This document shows, piece by piece, positions 12,365 to 25,728 of a DNA stretch of 64,000 bases; position 1 is the stretch's first letter, and each line of letters starts with the position of its first letter. The notes under the pieces were generated by a model, which was not told the origin of the DNA, ran no database searches, and worked only from the letters and a program-made list of their open reading frames with translations. The stretch is from Paraphysomonas bandaiensis (taxonomy: Eukaryota; Protista; Chrysophyceae). The translations under genes and the position numbers were made by a program. Location: the NCBI GenBank assembly GCA_965644295.1, contig CBFFRP010000041.1:62001-126000 (forward strand). The letters are read 5' to 3'.

Positions 12365-15300
12365 ATGATCCAAGTAAACCGCTCATTACGTCGAGTCTTC
12401 TCCCCATATCGTCAACTCCTTCATCGTGATCTATCTACTAAACCCTATGCAGGGAATGGGATATTAGGGATTGTCAGAGAAGAGTTCTCTATGTGGGAGA
12501 GAAGATCCCCTCTTTGTCCTCATCATGTGACAGATCTGACTAATCAAGGTAAGTGGAATATATCTGAGGGAGGGGGTAATGTATACGCAGGGTTTAAGGT
12601 ACTGGTTCAGCCATGCAATAAGCGCGTATTCACAAACAGAGAGTATCAAGAAGCTGGAGCTATTGTTCAGGATGACTTAAGTGAGGCAGGGCTAGTGATA
12701 GGGGTAAAGCAGATTCAGACGAAGATGTTGACGGGGGAAAGGAATTTCTTATTCTTCAGTCATACGATAAAGGCTCAGGTAATACATAACTAATCCTGAT
12801 ATAGCTCCTTATATATGTGCGTAGCCTGGAAATATGGCCATGCTTGACCACATTTTGAAGGAAAAGTGTCGCTTGTTTGATTACGAGTGCATTACTCGTA
12901 ATGGTAGTGACACAGAGCCTCGACTTGTAGCTTTTGGCAAGTACGCTGGCATAGCAGGCATGATCGACGGTCTTCAGGGATTGGGTCAGCGTTTGTTGGC
13001 TGAGGGTTACTCCACACCTTTTCTCAATGTTCCCACGTCTCATATGTACCAAAATCTTGATCATGCTAGATATACCATTCGCAACGTTGGCGCTCAGGTA
13101 TTGACCTTTCGCACTATTTGAGTTTCTGTAAAGTCTGTACGAAATGTACAACTGTAGATGTGTATGGATGTTTAATAATATTTGTACCATGCAGATCGAA
13201 AACGGGGGAATTCCTGACGGTTTGACGCCTCTGGTGTTTGGCTTCACGGGTGCTGGAAACGTATCGCAGGGTGCACAAAGCATCTTTACCCTTCTTCCCC
13301 ATGAGTTCATAAAGCCTGAAGAACTTCCCCACTTAAAGGAAATGATATTGAGCGGAAAGAAGAAGGCGAATAAGTTATATGGTGTAGTATTTTCCGCGGA
13401 ACATATGGTAAAGAAGAAAGATGGCAGCCCTCTGACGGACAAGAGACATTACTACGACAACGCAGAGGAGTATGTTGGGCGATTTCACGAAGACTATATG
13501 CCGTATGTCTCTTTCCTTGCTAACTGCATGTACTGGGACTTTCACTTCCCCCGCCTTATAACGAAACAGCAGATAAAGGATCTTCGTGCATCGGGCAATA
13601 AAAATCTGAGATTTATTTCAGATATATCATGTGACCCTGGAGGGTCTATTGAATTCCTCTCCAAGTGCACGCCTATCGACAGCCCGTTCTACCACTATAT
13701 TCCGGAAACGGGAAAAGATATAGACCACTTGACGGCCGATGGAGTTGGAATGTTGTCGGTGGAAATCCTTCCCACTGAATTACCTCGTGATGCATCAGAG
13801 CATTTTGGCCAAGCCCTCATGCCACTCCTCCCACCTCTACTCAAATCTGCTGGGTCCAGCACCCCTACCGACCTTGATGACTTACCTGCGGAGATGAAAC
13901 GTGCCTGCATTGCTTCCCACGGTGAATTACTTCCTAAGTGGCGCTATATTTCTCGTCTAAGACAGCAGAAGTCAAGTTTAAGTCACTCTGAAGAAGTTGT
14001 GGCGAGCCTTTATCTGTCGGTGCGTTTTTTACTTATCGAGGTGAATACTTCGTCATAATAACCGCTTCTATATAGGGGCATTTATTCGACAGTGGACTGA
14101 TCAACTCTGTGCTAGATGAGCTGGAGGGTTTCCCTGACATTAAATTTTCTCTCTCGAACCTTGATGGTTGTATATATAATTTTATATTTATATATGTCAT
14201 AATGTGTACTTGGCTGTGCAGTGCGACCGAACGCATCTAGCCATGCTGTCAAATCTAGGGTAGAGATTCAGATAACCGGATCCAAGGAAAGAGTGAAGGA
14301 GGTATGTGACCACCTTACCAGTATCGCGGAGGGTGTATCGGCAGCAGATGCAGATGTGACGGCAGACACTTCTACTAAATCTACCTCCTCCTCGAGTGCG
14401 GAGATTCGAGTTATGTCTCCCCGCCGCGTGTTGTTGTTGGGCTCCGGAAGAGTTTGTGCACCTGTGGTAAAAATGCTAGGGGAGCACGAGAATATTCATG
14501 TGACAATTGCCAGTGATGTTGAGAGTCAAGCTAGAGATCTGATGAGTCACATGCACCCGTCGAGGTGTTCCTTTGCCTCTCTTCGCATGCCAGATGACGA
14601 TACCAAATTGGACCAACTTGTTCATGCCACTGACATTGTGATCAGTCTACTTCCCGCTACAATGCACGCTAAGGTAAGTGGAATTTGTCGATGAGATATT
14701 GAAATATGTGAAATACGCCTAGGTGGCGGAGCATGCTATTAAGCACAAATCTGATATGGTTACTGCTTCTTACGTCTCTCCCGACATGAGAAAACTCGAT
14801 GAACGTGTCAAGGCCGCTGGGATTACCATTCTCAATGAGGTGCGTTGACTGGCCGTATATTGTGTTACGTAATTTTTAAAATTTTTATGTCTACTTTTGC
14901 ATTAATCGCAGGTTGGTCTTGACCCAGGCATCGACCACATGATGATCATGAAGGCCGTAGATGAGATTCACAGCAGAGGAGGTGTGGTTGAGGAACTTAC
15001 TTCCTTGTGTGGAGGTCTACCTGATCCCGTTGCCGCCGACAATCCCCTTCGCTACAAGTTTTCCTGGTCTCCTAAGGGTATATCTGTAATTATCAATATA
15101 TACTAATCATAAGGTGTGCTCGTGATGCGTAATAGGTGTATTGTCGGCAGCTCAGAACCCGGCGCGATATCTTCTTAACGGCGAACTCATTGAAGTTCCC
15201 GGTGCAGATCTTCTTAAATCCGGAAGACCTAGTCCTCGATTCCCTACTATGCGCCTAGAGGCTCTTCCGAACAGGGACTCCATGGTGTACAGAGACCTTT

Positions 15301-16210
15301 ACGGTATTTCTCAGGCGCGCTCTATATGCCGAGGAACTCTTCGCTATGAAGGTGGGATCCATGTATACCAATTTTGATTTGCTGAGTATAATATATCACT
15401 GCAGGATGGTCGAATGCAATGTACGCACTGAAAGCACTGAATCTTTTTGATCCTACCAACGTTTCTTGTTCATCTTGGGCTGAGCTTATCACGAAGGTAG
15501 TACCCACTTCATCGGCCAAGTCGATGGACGACGCGCTAGCCGGTTATCTGAAGGAGAAAGGGGTATATGATGTACCCGCTGCAATGGAAGCAATTCACTG
15601 GCTAGGCCTATTGGATAACAAGCCACTCGGTAAGTCAAACCGTCGTATTTCTGAGTACAGTATACTCCTCTGTGCAAGTGCAGATGTGGTAGCATATATG
15701 GGTTTTCTCTATTTCGTACCTACACATTTACTTAATTTTTTCGCTCGTAGATGCCGGATCTGCTCTTGATGCCCTGTGCGGCCTTCTTGAGTCTAAGGTA
15801 CTTGGAATTCTTCGTGTTTTCTTGTGGTGGTGTAATGGTACATAGTTGCAATTTAGTGACAGTGAGAAAGACATGGTGGCCATGTTCCATTCTGTGGTCG
15901 GTCGCATGCCTGACGGAACAGTTGAGGAGCACACTTCCCGGCTCCTTGCCTTCGGTATTCCTGGGGGAGATACTGCCATGGCTGCCACCGTCGGTTACAC
16001 CACTGGTAAGTGAACACAACAGCTTAAATATATTAAACTCAGCTATTTTTAATATGGTTTTGTGTAGCGGCGGCGACTGAGTTGGTTCTATTTGGTAAGC
16101 TGAACAAACCCGGCGTGCTTATTCCAATCACGTCAGATGTGTACAACCCCCTACTGGACCGCATTCAGACGGCCGGAATTACGTGGACTGAGAACGTGTC
16201 AAAGGTCTAA
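12365..16210 (+). CDS. AASS: Alpha-aminoadipic semialdehyde synthase (bifunctional lysine-ketoglutarate reductase/saccharopine dehydrogenase), mitochondrial
   Basis: WERRSPLCP, FFSHTIKAQ, RLVAFGKYAG, GAGNVSQGA, DISCDPGGSIEF, LPTELPRDAS, LLGSGRV, GLDPGIDH, SLCGGLP, YKFSWSP, PNRDS and RGTLRY motifs in order. Multi-intron; TAA at 16208-16210. Confidence 0.95.
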
Positions 16211-16516
16211 ATGCGTGTGCCATACAAGCAAAGGGTTACCATTGCCAGTGAATGAGTTTACAGGAAATAGAAATAGTTCGTTGGGGCAGTGGCGGTGAAT
16301 CTACACTACAGTAGTTTAAAATAACTATTTTCCAATCCTTTGTCATTTTATACTTGTACTTGGAATTCACATTTTACTGCTGCAGCGAAGTGTAGCTTAC
16401 GTAGCTTATACCATTTCTGTGTCCGTATCAAGCCCGAATATTTATAATATTTCATTACTAGCTCATATTGAGAACTTCGTCTCGTCGGCGTTTAGATTTG
16501 GGCCTATAATACGCAT

Positions 16517-16622
16517 CAGGGCCTGGTAACCGTTAATGGCCCATTAATTTGTAGTCCGGTTCCCGGCAATTATAATGGCATTACCATTAGTGGCCATTAC
16601 CATTAACGGTTATCACGCCCTG
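16517..16622. mobile_element. 106-bp hAT-family MITE
   Basis: CAGGGCCTGGTAACCGTTAATGG ... CCATTAACGGTTATCACGCCCTG inverted termini, related to the TIR of the 1467-2824 element. Confidence 0.75.
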
Positions 16623-16856
16623 ACCAGGCTTGCGTACGCATAGAACAAATAAGCTTGAAATAAATTTAAACGCGCCAAAGAAAATGAATTCTAATCTGCG
16701 TCTAGAATAAAACAACAATTATCGAAATGTGCATAATCTGCCATATTTATTATTCACTTCCTTCTTTGGTAATCAATTACACTGCACTAAACTGTATGTA
16801 CGTAAGCATCACCCCTACTTAATTACTGCGCATATATCACAGACACAGCAATTCTA

Positions 16857-18519
16857 TTAACGCCTGGATGACCTGACTCTCTCTGCAGGTCTTTCCATCT
16901 CTTCGTCCTCTTCTTCGTATTCTATCTCCACTCTAGGTCCCTTGGGCAAACTCTTCTTGCCTTTCTTAGTCGTCGAAGGCGCTGCGCACAGTATTAGAGA
17001 CATTTCACTAGGTAATGTCAAAACATTCAGAGCAGTACCTTTTGAATTTGTGTCAGCTTTCCTTTTGCCTGTCGTCTGGAACTGACTTTCATCAAAGTCC
17101 TCAATTGCATCCTCCTCATCATCACTTGGTTCAAAATCTTCCACATACTCAACGTTAAGCTCGCCGTCCTCTTCGAATTCTTCTTCCATTTCCTCTTCGG
17201 CTTCATCCTCTTCCTCGTCTTCACTTTCCTCTGCCGTTCCGATTTTGGATAGAACCTTAGAATAGTTTTTCTCGGGGTAATTATAGATTTCACCCTCAGA
17301 CACCTGCTTGAGGCGCTCCAGGAGCTCTGTCTCTATCGATCTGGACATACGTCGTATAATTAATACACAAAAGTAATGTTTACAGAAATAGAGCTAAGCT
17401 AAAGTTTCATAATCACGATAGAAAACGAGTAATATATATACAATACTAATAGACAAGCTACCATCACCACACCTGTCCAGTTGAGCAGCTCTAAGAGCCT
17501 TGCGCTCTCTTCCTACTTCACGTCGATCTACTTTCGTGTTAGTTGAAACAATCTTAGGTCTGCACAGTTACACTCCTGTTAAATACAATCCTATTTCAAA
17601 CTATCACCTCTACCTGGCTTTCAATTTCAACTTCCTCATGCGGATAATCATTTGATGTATCTTAGTGAGTCTCTGTTTGTTTCTATGTATTAAATACTTT
17701 GGAAAATATTCTAGTTGATTAGAAACAACTTCCAGTGCTTTCGTGTAGTTAGCTGGTAGCTAATAGAGACACGTATTAGATATATAAGAGTTCTACACGA
17801 GACATGAGATGCATATAATATAAGACATGCATATGATGCGTATAATATATAAGACATGCATATGATGCATTTGATATATAAGACTTGCATGTGATGTGTA
17901 TAATATATAAGACATGCATATGATGCATTGGATATATACGACATGCATGTGATGTGTGTGGTATCTAAGACTTGCATGTGATGTGTATAATATATAAGAC
18001 ATGCATATGATGCATTTGATATATAAGACATGCATGTGATGCATTGGATATATAAGACATGCATGTGATGCATTTGATATATAAGACATGCATGTGATGC
18101 ATTGGATATATAAGACATGCATGTGATGCATTGGATATGTAAGACATGCATGTGATGTGTGTGGTATCTAAGACTTGCATGTGATGCATGATATATAAGA
18201 CATGCATACGATGTGTGTGAGATCTATGTACGGGTGGTAACAGACATCACTCCTCATAACAGTCAACTCATACCTTAATTTTTTCCCATAAATTCTTTGG
18301 TGTATGAGCTCTTTCGATAGTTTTCATATATAAATAACAGATCCCATCCTCCTCTCTTATAGTCGCGTATCTGCTATTCGCCAGAGGACACGCGCTCTTA
18401 ATACACAGTCCTGTTACATTATAAGGATTTTGACAAAATGTTCGTTCTTTTGCCACTTTGCTTTTAAATGAACAAAAATTGTGATTAATTACTTGCCATA
18501 TCACCTCATCGTGTTGCAT
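16857..18519 (-). CDS. MAK16: Ribosome biogenesis protein MAK16
   Basis: [57 protein letters not shown]|[27 protein letters not shown] and [10 protein letters not shown] motifs; acidic tail. Confidence 0.95.
17800..18215. repeat. ~29-bp minisatellite in MAK16 intron 1
   Basis: Repeated ATATAAGACATGCATGTGATGCATTGGAT and variants inside intron 17760-18273. Confidence 0.9.
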
Positions 18520-18941
18520 GTTTAATAGTGTGAGTTATGTCGATGAGTAACACTGATACTGTAGACGACTACTAATATATAGATATATATGTATGTATAT
18601 GGGGAAGTACTATGTAGAATATTCACGTACTCTGATTCATTCACTTCTGTTGGAATGAAGGTACTTTAATAACAAGGACTCAGAACGAATGGAGTGTGTG
18701 GATTTCAATCTGCTGCTGGTCCTCTCTATATCGCTGGTTGAGAGGCATATGGAGAGAATACGGTAATATAATAATACAGTCTACACTGCTACGGTATATC
18801 ATACAGCAGTATACGGTACATGGTGTGGTGTGGTGATGGTGATGTATATATCCAATCTTCTACACGACACTTCACTGTGATTGTAAGCAGACTCCAACAC
18901 TATTGAAACATACCTAACATACCTTGACGAAGTTAGTTACC

Positions 18942-20773
18942 ATGCCTTTATCAGTGGCGATTGTGGGTTCAGGTAAAGTACTGCTCTATTATGAATTGAT
19001 GTCGTGTTTAATGGTGGAGTATATCAGGAATAGGAGCTGCATCAACATGCTACTTCTTGAACAAGTTATTCGAAGGAAATATCAAGATTGATGTTTATGA
19101 AAGTGAATCAAGTGTGGGAGGAAGAAGCATGCCAATGAAAGTGGATGGAAGGAACATGGAAGTTGGTGCTGGTATTGCTTATTCGGTAATATGACTCTCT
19201 TATTGATATGTATTACATAACTATTAAACGGATTAGGGAAATAAGTACATCAGTGACTGGGCTAAACAGTTTAATCTGGAACGTACTAAACCCTCTGGAA
19301 ACAAGTTTGGATTGTGGAATGGGTCGAATTTCGTATTCGAAGAGTGCAAGATGGATAACCTGACGCCAGTCAAAATTGTGACCAGATATGGACGAGATTT
19401 GTATACTCTCCGTAGCACTGTGTATAGCACCCTGGAAAAGTTTAATAAAATTTATAAAGTTCAAGATGACGGCACTTCTTTCGAGTCTGCAGGTATTTGT
19501 TTGTACGAAGAATATATTCTTGAGTAATATCTATATCGTCGAAGCTGACTTGTGGAAGCACTTGGGCCTTTTTGAATACACTCAAAAAAGTTTTAAAGAC
19601 GAAATGTGCAGTCGTCTCTCATCGAATTCAAAACTGCTCAGTGAATTAATGTTTGCGGTAAACAAGGTTAACTATAACCAGTCTAATAATATCAATGCGC
19701 TGGCGGGGCTCGGTACGTATGTCGTTACTTACTTACTTCATTGTAAATCGTTTTTGTACAGTATCTATGTGCCCTATTATCACAGGCGACGTCTTTAGTC
19801 TCGAGACCGGATGGACAGCTATTCATAAGGTATACTTTGTATCAGCGAATAAAATATTTTATATTTCCCGTAACACGCTATTGTAGGAGATATTTAAGAA
19901 TGCTACTGTTCACCTGTCATCTCCAGTCACAAGGGTGCGGTCCGTAAGCGCGATAGAGCAAAGTACAGATGGACATGTAGAAAGAGGTGTAACCCGTTTA
20001 CCAGACATAGGCTGTCGTTACGAAGTGGAATCTGGTGGAAATGTGGTTGGTCACTACGACGCGGTTGTTGTGTGTGCCCCTTCTAGCTCTCTGTTTCCGA
20101 TCAAATTTGAGTTGGATGGGGAGCCAGTTGATACCTCCACCTTTAATAAAGAATACCAGGTTACTCATACAACATTTGTTAAGGGAAAGATGAACGAATC
20201 TTATTTCACTACTAAGAAGGAAAAAGGGATGGATCAGTCTTCGTGGGGGAGCGCCGTTGTGACGTGGGTGATGCGCTCCGCATTTGGAAGCTTGTATGAT
20301 GATTCTAATACACTTCCGACCCAGATATACCTCGTTGAGGGAGCTGAGAAAAAGGCATGTCACAGTGATTTATATTGTTGTTATAACGTATTTTGATGTA
20401 ACAGGAAAAGTTTTCTAGTTATTCCAAGTACTTTGATTACAAGAATGATCCCTATGGGCATGGGCTATATAAAATATTCTCCACTGACCCACTTCAAGTA
20501 TCGACACTGAATGAGCTTTTTAGTCCAGATTCTTCTGTAGTGGCGACAAAGAAATGGTGGGCGTACCCGAAGTTTTGTCCCCCCGAAGATATCTCTGCAT
20601 CATTTAGAGTAAAGAAAGGACATGCTGTATTCAATTCGAGTATTCTAGAGTGGTCGGTGTCAGCTCTGGAGGTAGCTGCAATAAGTGGAAGGAATGCAGC
20701 ATTGCTAGTACACAAAGACCTGATGAAGAATTCAGTCTGTTATCGCACCAGTGAAACTACTTCAGTGGAGTGA
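18942..20773 (+). CDS. Prenylcysteine oxidase/lyase-like FAD oxidoreductase
   Basis: VAIVGS|GIGAA Rossmann start, VYESESSVGGR, MEVGAG, FGLWNGSNFVF, VNYNQS..INALAG, YQVTHTTFVKG, YKIFS, WAYPKF and SALEVAAISGRNAALL motifs. Confidence 0.85.
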
Positions 20774-21954
20774 AGTCAGACTGTACGCCATGTGCTTATT
20801 TCAATACAATATTCTATCCTTCAAGATGCGGCAAATACTAGTACGAAATATAGTGATAACGTGTTATGGGACGACTTCAATTTTACCTCCAATATCGTGT
20901 TTTAACCTGTGTTTCTAACTTGAGTAACAATATAACAATCGAATTGGTCATTAAATGTAGGTTTATATACCAAAGAGCAGTCCGTCAGATATCTAAAAGT
21001 ACTACATAATATATGATATATTATTGATTATAAAAAGTACACACGGACCACGTCATTATTGATTTCAATTACAGTAACAGAGTAAAACAAAGGAATTGAA
21101 ACATGAAGAACATTTTTATTCTTAAGACATTACTATCAGAAGAAATTTCTTAGTCCCGCTCTTCACCTTCAATAATAATGCTATTCGCGTCACAATATGA
21201 CTTATGAGTTGTACCACATTAGAATTCACAAGTTTAATCCATTATGGTTATGATTTGCTATGTATTTTGTTCATGGCCTCCTCTGTCCTGCAGGTATCCC
21301 TCTGCAGAAGTAGTGAAAAAGCAAGTAATCACATTGCGCTTTTACAATAGATGACTATCATGTCTCATATGGCACACATTCTGTGAATCTTGTTAGATAT
21401 ATTCACTTCTCTTCTAGTGAACTATGATCGATCAGTAGCACACTTATTGCTCTACACGCTATACGCTATGTAGTAGATATGCTACCACCATTCTCTTCAG
21501 ACACCATGTATCTTTCCTCATTCACAACGCCACAACTCATTGGTGCAATCTATTTCTTGAAATGTTCCTAAATGCATCTTGTCTGTCCATGCCCGCATGC
21601 TGTGACCGACAGAGATGACCTGTAACCGTATATTCGTGTCCGCCAGACATATGAATCTGATTTTTTTCCCATCTGAAATATACGGTCCGCAACTTGTACC
21701 ATATAAAATTACTACATAGAGATACCATACAAACCGGCCCGTTTAGACTACCCGTATACTCTGATGTTGTAGTTCATTTCGATAGGGAATCTCCAAGTGG
21801 ATGATTCATTTCTGTAATGGTACGTACAGAAAATTCTATATTTAACTGTTCCATGTGAGTATATTCATACTTTACATATGCGTCTTCTAAGTAGAATTAA
21901 CTTAAGTCACTCATAAGATTATATTCATATGGTATTGTCAATCGATCTCATAAT

Positions 21955-23410
21955 ATGACAGAGAAGAGTAAACCAGACTTTGGTACGAGTTTAAAAGACT
22001 CACAGTTTCATCTGCATAAAGCTGATGTCACAAGTAAGATCTTATATATATGTGTGTATATGATAGTGAGGTTAACAACATCATGTGTACATTATACAGG
22101 GCTGAATAATGGTTCATTTGGATCTTGTCCTGATGAGGTAACGAAAGCTCAACATGACTTACAGCAGAGATGGTATGAGAATCCAGGTGAGTGCTGCTGA
22201 TGTTATATATGATGGATATACTTAACGAACTTATGGCAGATGATTTCTGGGACACTTTGGGTGAGGGATTTAAGGCGTCCCGTGATGCTGTTGCAAAACT
22301 AATGGGAAAGGATAAAAGTCAAGCGGAGAATATATTCATAGTTGAAAATCTAACTGTAGCTTTTGCATCTGTGGCCTACGGCACTATTGCTAATATTGCA
22401 GACAGCAATGTGGTTATCGTAGTGTCTAACTTCACATACCCCGCAGTTTCTAAGGCTATCAATCATTGCTGTAGCATGGTATCTAATCGTGATATTGAGC
22501 ACTTAATCAATGTTGAAGTCGTCGATATTCCGTTCCCAATATTGGACGGAGAGAAAGCCAATGAAATTATTGTGTCTGCGTACAAGAAGACGCTTAGAAG
22601 ATTATCTAGTAGTGGGAAGCGTATAGCTATGGCTTTAGTGGATCACATATCCTCCCTCCCGACTATGATAATGCCTGTCAAAGACATTATTGCTGTTTGT
22701 CGAGAACATAATGTGGAGCAGGTATGACGCTTCATCTCAACGAATTGAAGGTAATAAATACATGGGTACAGGTGGTTGTAGACGGCGCACACGCCCCTGG
22801 TCAACTTAGTCTAGAGGTTGTCCCAACTTTAGGCGCAGATTATTACATGGCGAATTTACACAAATGGTGCTTCGCACCGACGGCAGCCGCCTTTCTCTGG
22901 GTCTCTCCAACCGCTCCATTGAGAAGCTCCTTGCACCATCCTATTGTCTCTCACAATTATGGTATGGGACTTTTTGCAGAGTGTGCAATGCTAGGTACCA
23001 AGGATTATTCTGCAATGCTTGCTGTTCCGGCCGCTGTGGAGTTTCTTGAGTCTATGGGAGGGGTTGAAGTGGTTGCCCGACGTAATCACGAACTTTGTGT
23101 CGAAGCTATGCGTATGCTTGGCGAGGCTTGGGGAACCGCGGACTACATCCTTCCTGAGAACCTGTGTGGATCAATGGGAATGGTAGGATGCCCCAGTGTG
23201 CTGGGTGACACTTGGGAAGATAGCGAGAAAGTGCGAGTGGGTCTTCGTGAGAAAGGTATTGTCGTGCAAAAGCTTTATCCTGTACGAGGCGACAGGCTCT
23301 ATCTGCGACTGTCTGCTGCAGTCTATAACACTATAGAGGAGTTTCACACACTACGAGACGCAATTCTTGACTTAGTTGCTGAGAAGCAGAAACATCTGAC
23401 TGACAGCTGA
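21955..23410 (+). CDS. Class V PLP-dependent aminotransferase/lyase (L-cysteine desulfhydrase / hercynylcysteine sulfoxide lyase / isopenicillin N epimerase-like)
   Basis: RLNNGSFGSCP, DHISS, DGAHAPGQ, ANLHKW (PLP lysine), GTKDYSA and LRLSAAVYN motifs. Three short introns. Confidence 0.85.
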
Positions 23411-24172
23411 GTGCTATTAGTATCGTGTCAAAGTGATGCATTTACCACATTAATTTGAAGTTATTGCGATTACGTATTAGATTCAGGTTTAATCCTTTGT
23501 TGATACATGAAATATAAGTATAAGTAAACGAAATGGGCACATTGTAGTATGTATTCACATTGTAGTTTGCTGCTAAATATAAGTTGTTATACTCACCACA
23601 ATTCAAATTTGAATATACTTTGCTTGGTAATGCAACGGAATGTCGTGAGGAATTGAATTAGTTTTTGATTAATTATTCAACTGTTCCCTCTTCCAGCGGA
23701 TGAAATTTAGGTGTCAAGCATAACTAGTTCTAAATATTTATGCGTCATACCTTAAGCGGTACGCGACCTTGTCTCCAATGTACTGTAAAGCGAACAAGCA
23801 ATGTCCGAGCACAACATGGGACTGGGGTTGAATCATATATTTGTTGACGAGGTTATACATTCATAATCCGTATGGAGTAGGATTTATAATATATATATGA
23901 AGCAGCCCTATATATCACAAAACAGTGTTCTGCAAATAGCTAGTAGAAGGTATCCGCATCTTCATCACCAACTTCATTTAAGATTATTCAAAAACACATG
24001 CATCCTGACATAGACACTACAGTACCTTTGATGAAATAACACTAAATTGTTTTTATCTTGCCATATAACTTGCAACAAACTTATTAATTACGATTTGTTA
24101 AAATGCAACCAGTTCAATTCCTTATTCCAATGGTCATGCTACTGTAAGTGTAATCGTATTGGAGACTCTTGA

Positions 24173-25162
24173 TTAAAAAATCTTACGCAAAATATTCTTT
24201 GCTTTTTTAAAAACCCGATTTCCATCTTTACCCAGTATCTTGTCTCCGAGTGAAGGATCACCCCCTTGGATAGCTTCTCTTGCAGCTGCAGCTTCAGCTT
24301 CAGCTTTTTGGCGTTTTGCTCTCTCAGCTTCCAAGGCTGCTTTATTCTCGTCATCCTTTTTCTTAGCTTCTTCAGCAGCCATTCTAAGCTTTGCTTGAGC
24401 TTCAAACTCTCCATAATGAGCCTGGGTTACATCAAATGGGGTCTTTCCCATGGCCCATTGCTTGATAGCATGTACTGTTTTGGCATTGCGCATATTCGAA
24501 TTTGTAATGATCTCTTCCGGTACACTTAGTTTGCGAAGTTCGTCAGGGTGGCAATCAACCTGCCAGTGCGGTAAATGCTTGATAGGAACACCAAGTGCTG
24601 TACTTAGAAGAGGAATAAATTCTTCGGATACATATTTTTCCGATTCCTCAGGACTCTTTGTCAATGATCTAGTGAAAACAATACCGACATTGTCAAGAAA
24701 ACTTAGGCCGTATGAATCCACAAACACTTTCAATGCATCCTGCATTCCTCTGTCAAAACGGGGCGCCTGTTCGTTCAATACAATGAGAAATCCGTTAATG
24801 TACTTTTTCTCTTTTGTATAGTCCACAATTCGCTTGATATTGGCTTCATCAGCAGACGATCCCTTAGATTCCATTAATCCAGGAGTATCAATAATATCAA
24901 ATAATACACCAGATTGCGTTTTCACTTGGAATGAAGTGGGGTCAATCGTATGAGAAGAAGCACCACTACTCTCACCAAAGAAATTAAAGCCCATCATATC
25001 ACCGAGAATGGATATGATCAGGTTACAGAGAGAAGATTTACCATCCCCGGTTCGTGATAGAGTGATGATTCGGTAGGGGTTAGCAGGAACATCGTTTCCT
25101 TGTGCAGAATGCACTGAAGCCAATAGAGCGACTACTGTGGTTAAGATGCTGTATACTTTCAT
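24173..25162 (-). CDS. AIG1/GIMAP-like GTPase with signal peptide
   Basis: Intronless 329 aa. Hydrophobic N-terminus (ILTTVVALLASVHSA), G1 SRTGDGKSS, SHT (G2), DTPG (G3), PRFD, VFTR (G4), C-terminal coiled coil. Confidence 0.85.
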   Translation of the reverse strand: MKVYSILTTVVALLASVHSAQGNDVPANPYRIITLSRTGDGKSSLCNLIISILGDMMGFNFFGESSGASSHTIDPTSFQVKTQSGVLFDIIDTPGLMESKGSSADEANIKRIVDYTKEKKYINGFLIVLNEQAPRFDRGMQDALKVFVDSYGLSFLDNVGIVFTRSLTKSPEESEKYVSEEFIPLLSTALGVPIKHLPHWQVDCHPDELRKLSVPEEIITNSNMRNAKTVHAIKQWAMGKTPFDVTQAHYGEFEAQAKLRMAAEEAKKKDDENKAALEAERAKRQKAEAEAAAAREAIQGGDPSLGDKILGKDGNRVFKKAKNILRKIF

Positions 25163-25728
25163 GTTAGTAATTGAGATGATAGAATGTTAGTAATTGAGAT
25201 GATTGAATTGTAGAATAATGAATGAGAAACAACAAGTAATGAGGTTAGGTATCATTGTCCACGTGTCTTTAGGTGCTGTCCACGTGTCTTCAAGAAATGT
25301 CCACGTCTCTTCTGGAAGTGGTCCTTGTTTTGGATATGACATGCACTGTGTGTATGTATGTAGGTGTAGATACAGGTACAGTGCAGTGTATGCATGTACA
25401 GCACTTTCCCAGTATTTTCCTCTATACTAGATATACAGAGTACAGTGTGTATTTAAAACCCCTACACTTTCAGATGATGTGGGAATGTATCCGTAAACGG
25501 ATAGCTATCCGTATGTATGGAACCCTACAGCAATTGATGGCCCGTTTCTCATTGAGTGCTCTACATACTTTAAAATGATCATATATACCATAGCAGTATG
25601 GCTTATGAGGTGAAATGAGCATTATATGTTATTAACTGAGTGATCACTGACACTATAGAGATCAACACAGCACTCATAGCATTGATATATGTGTATATAT
25701 GTACGAGTAGATCATCTCTAGAGGCACT

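Noticed and set aside
17711-18207. Repetitive His/Cys/Met-rich ORFs and a CRISPR-like appearance
   Set aside because: Intronic minisatellite of MAK16. Units are contiguous with no unique spacers and there are no cas genes.
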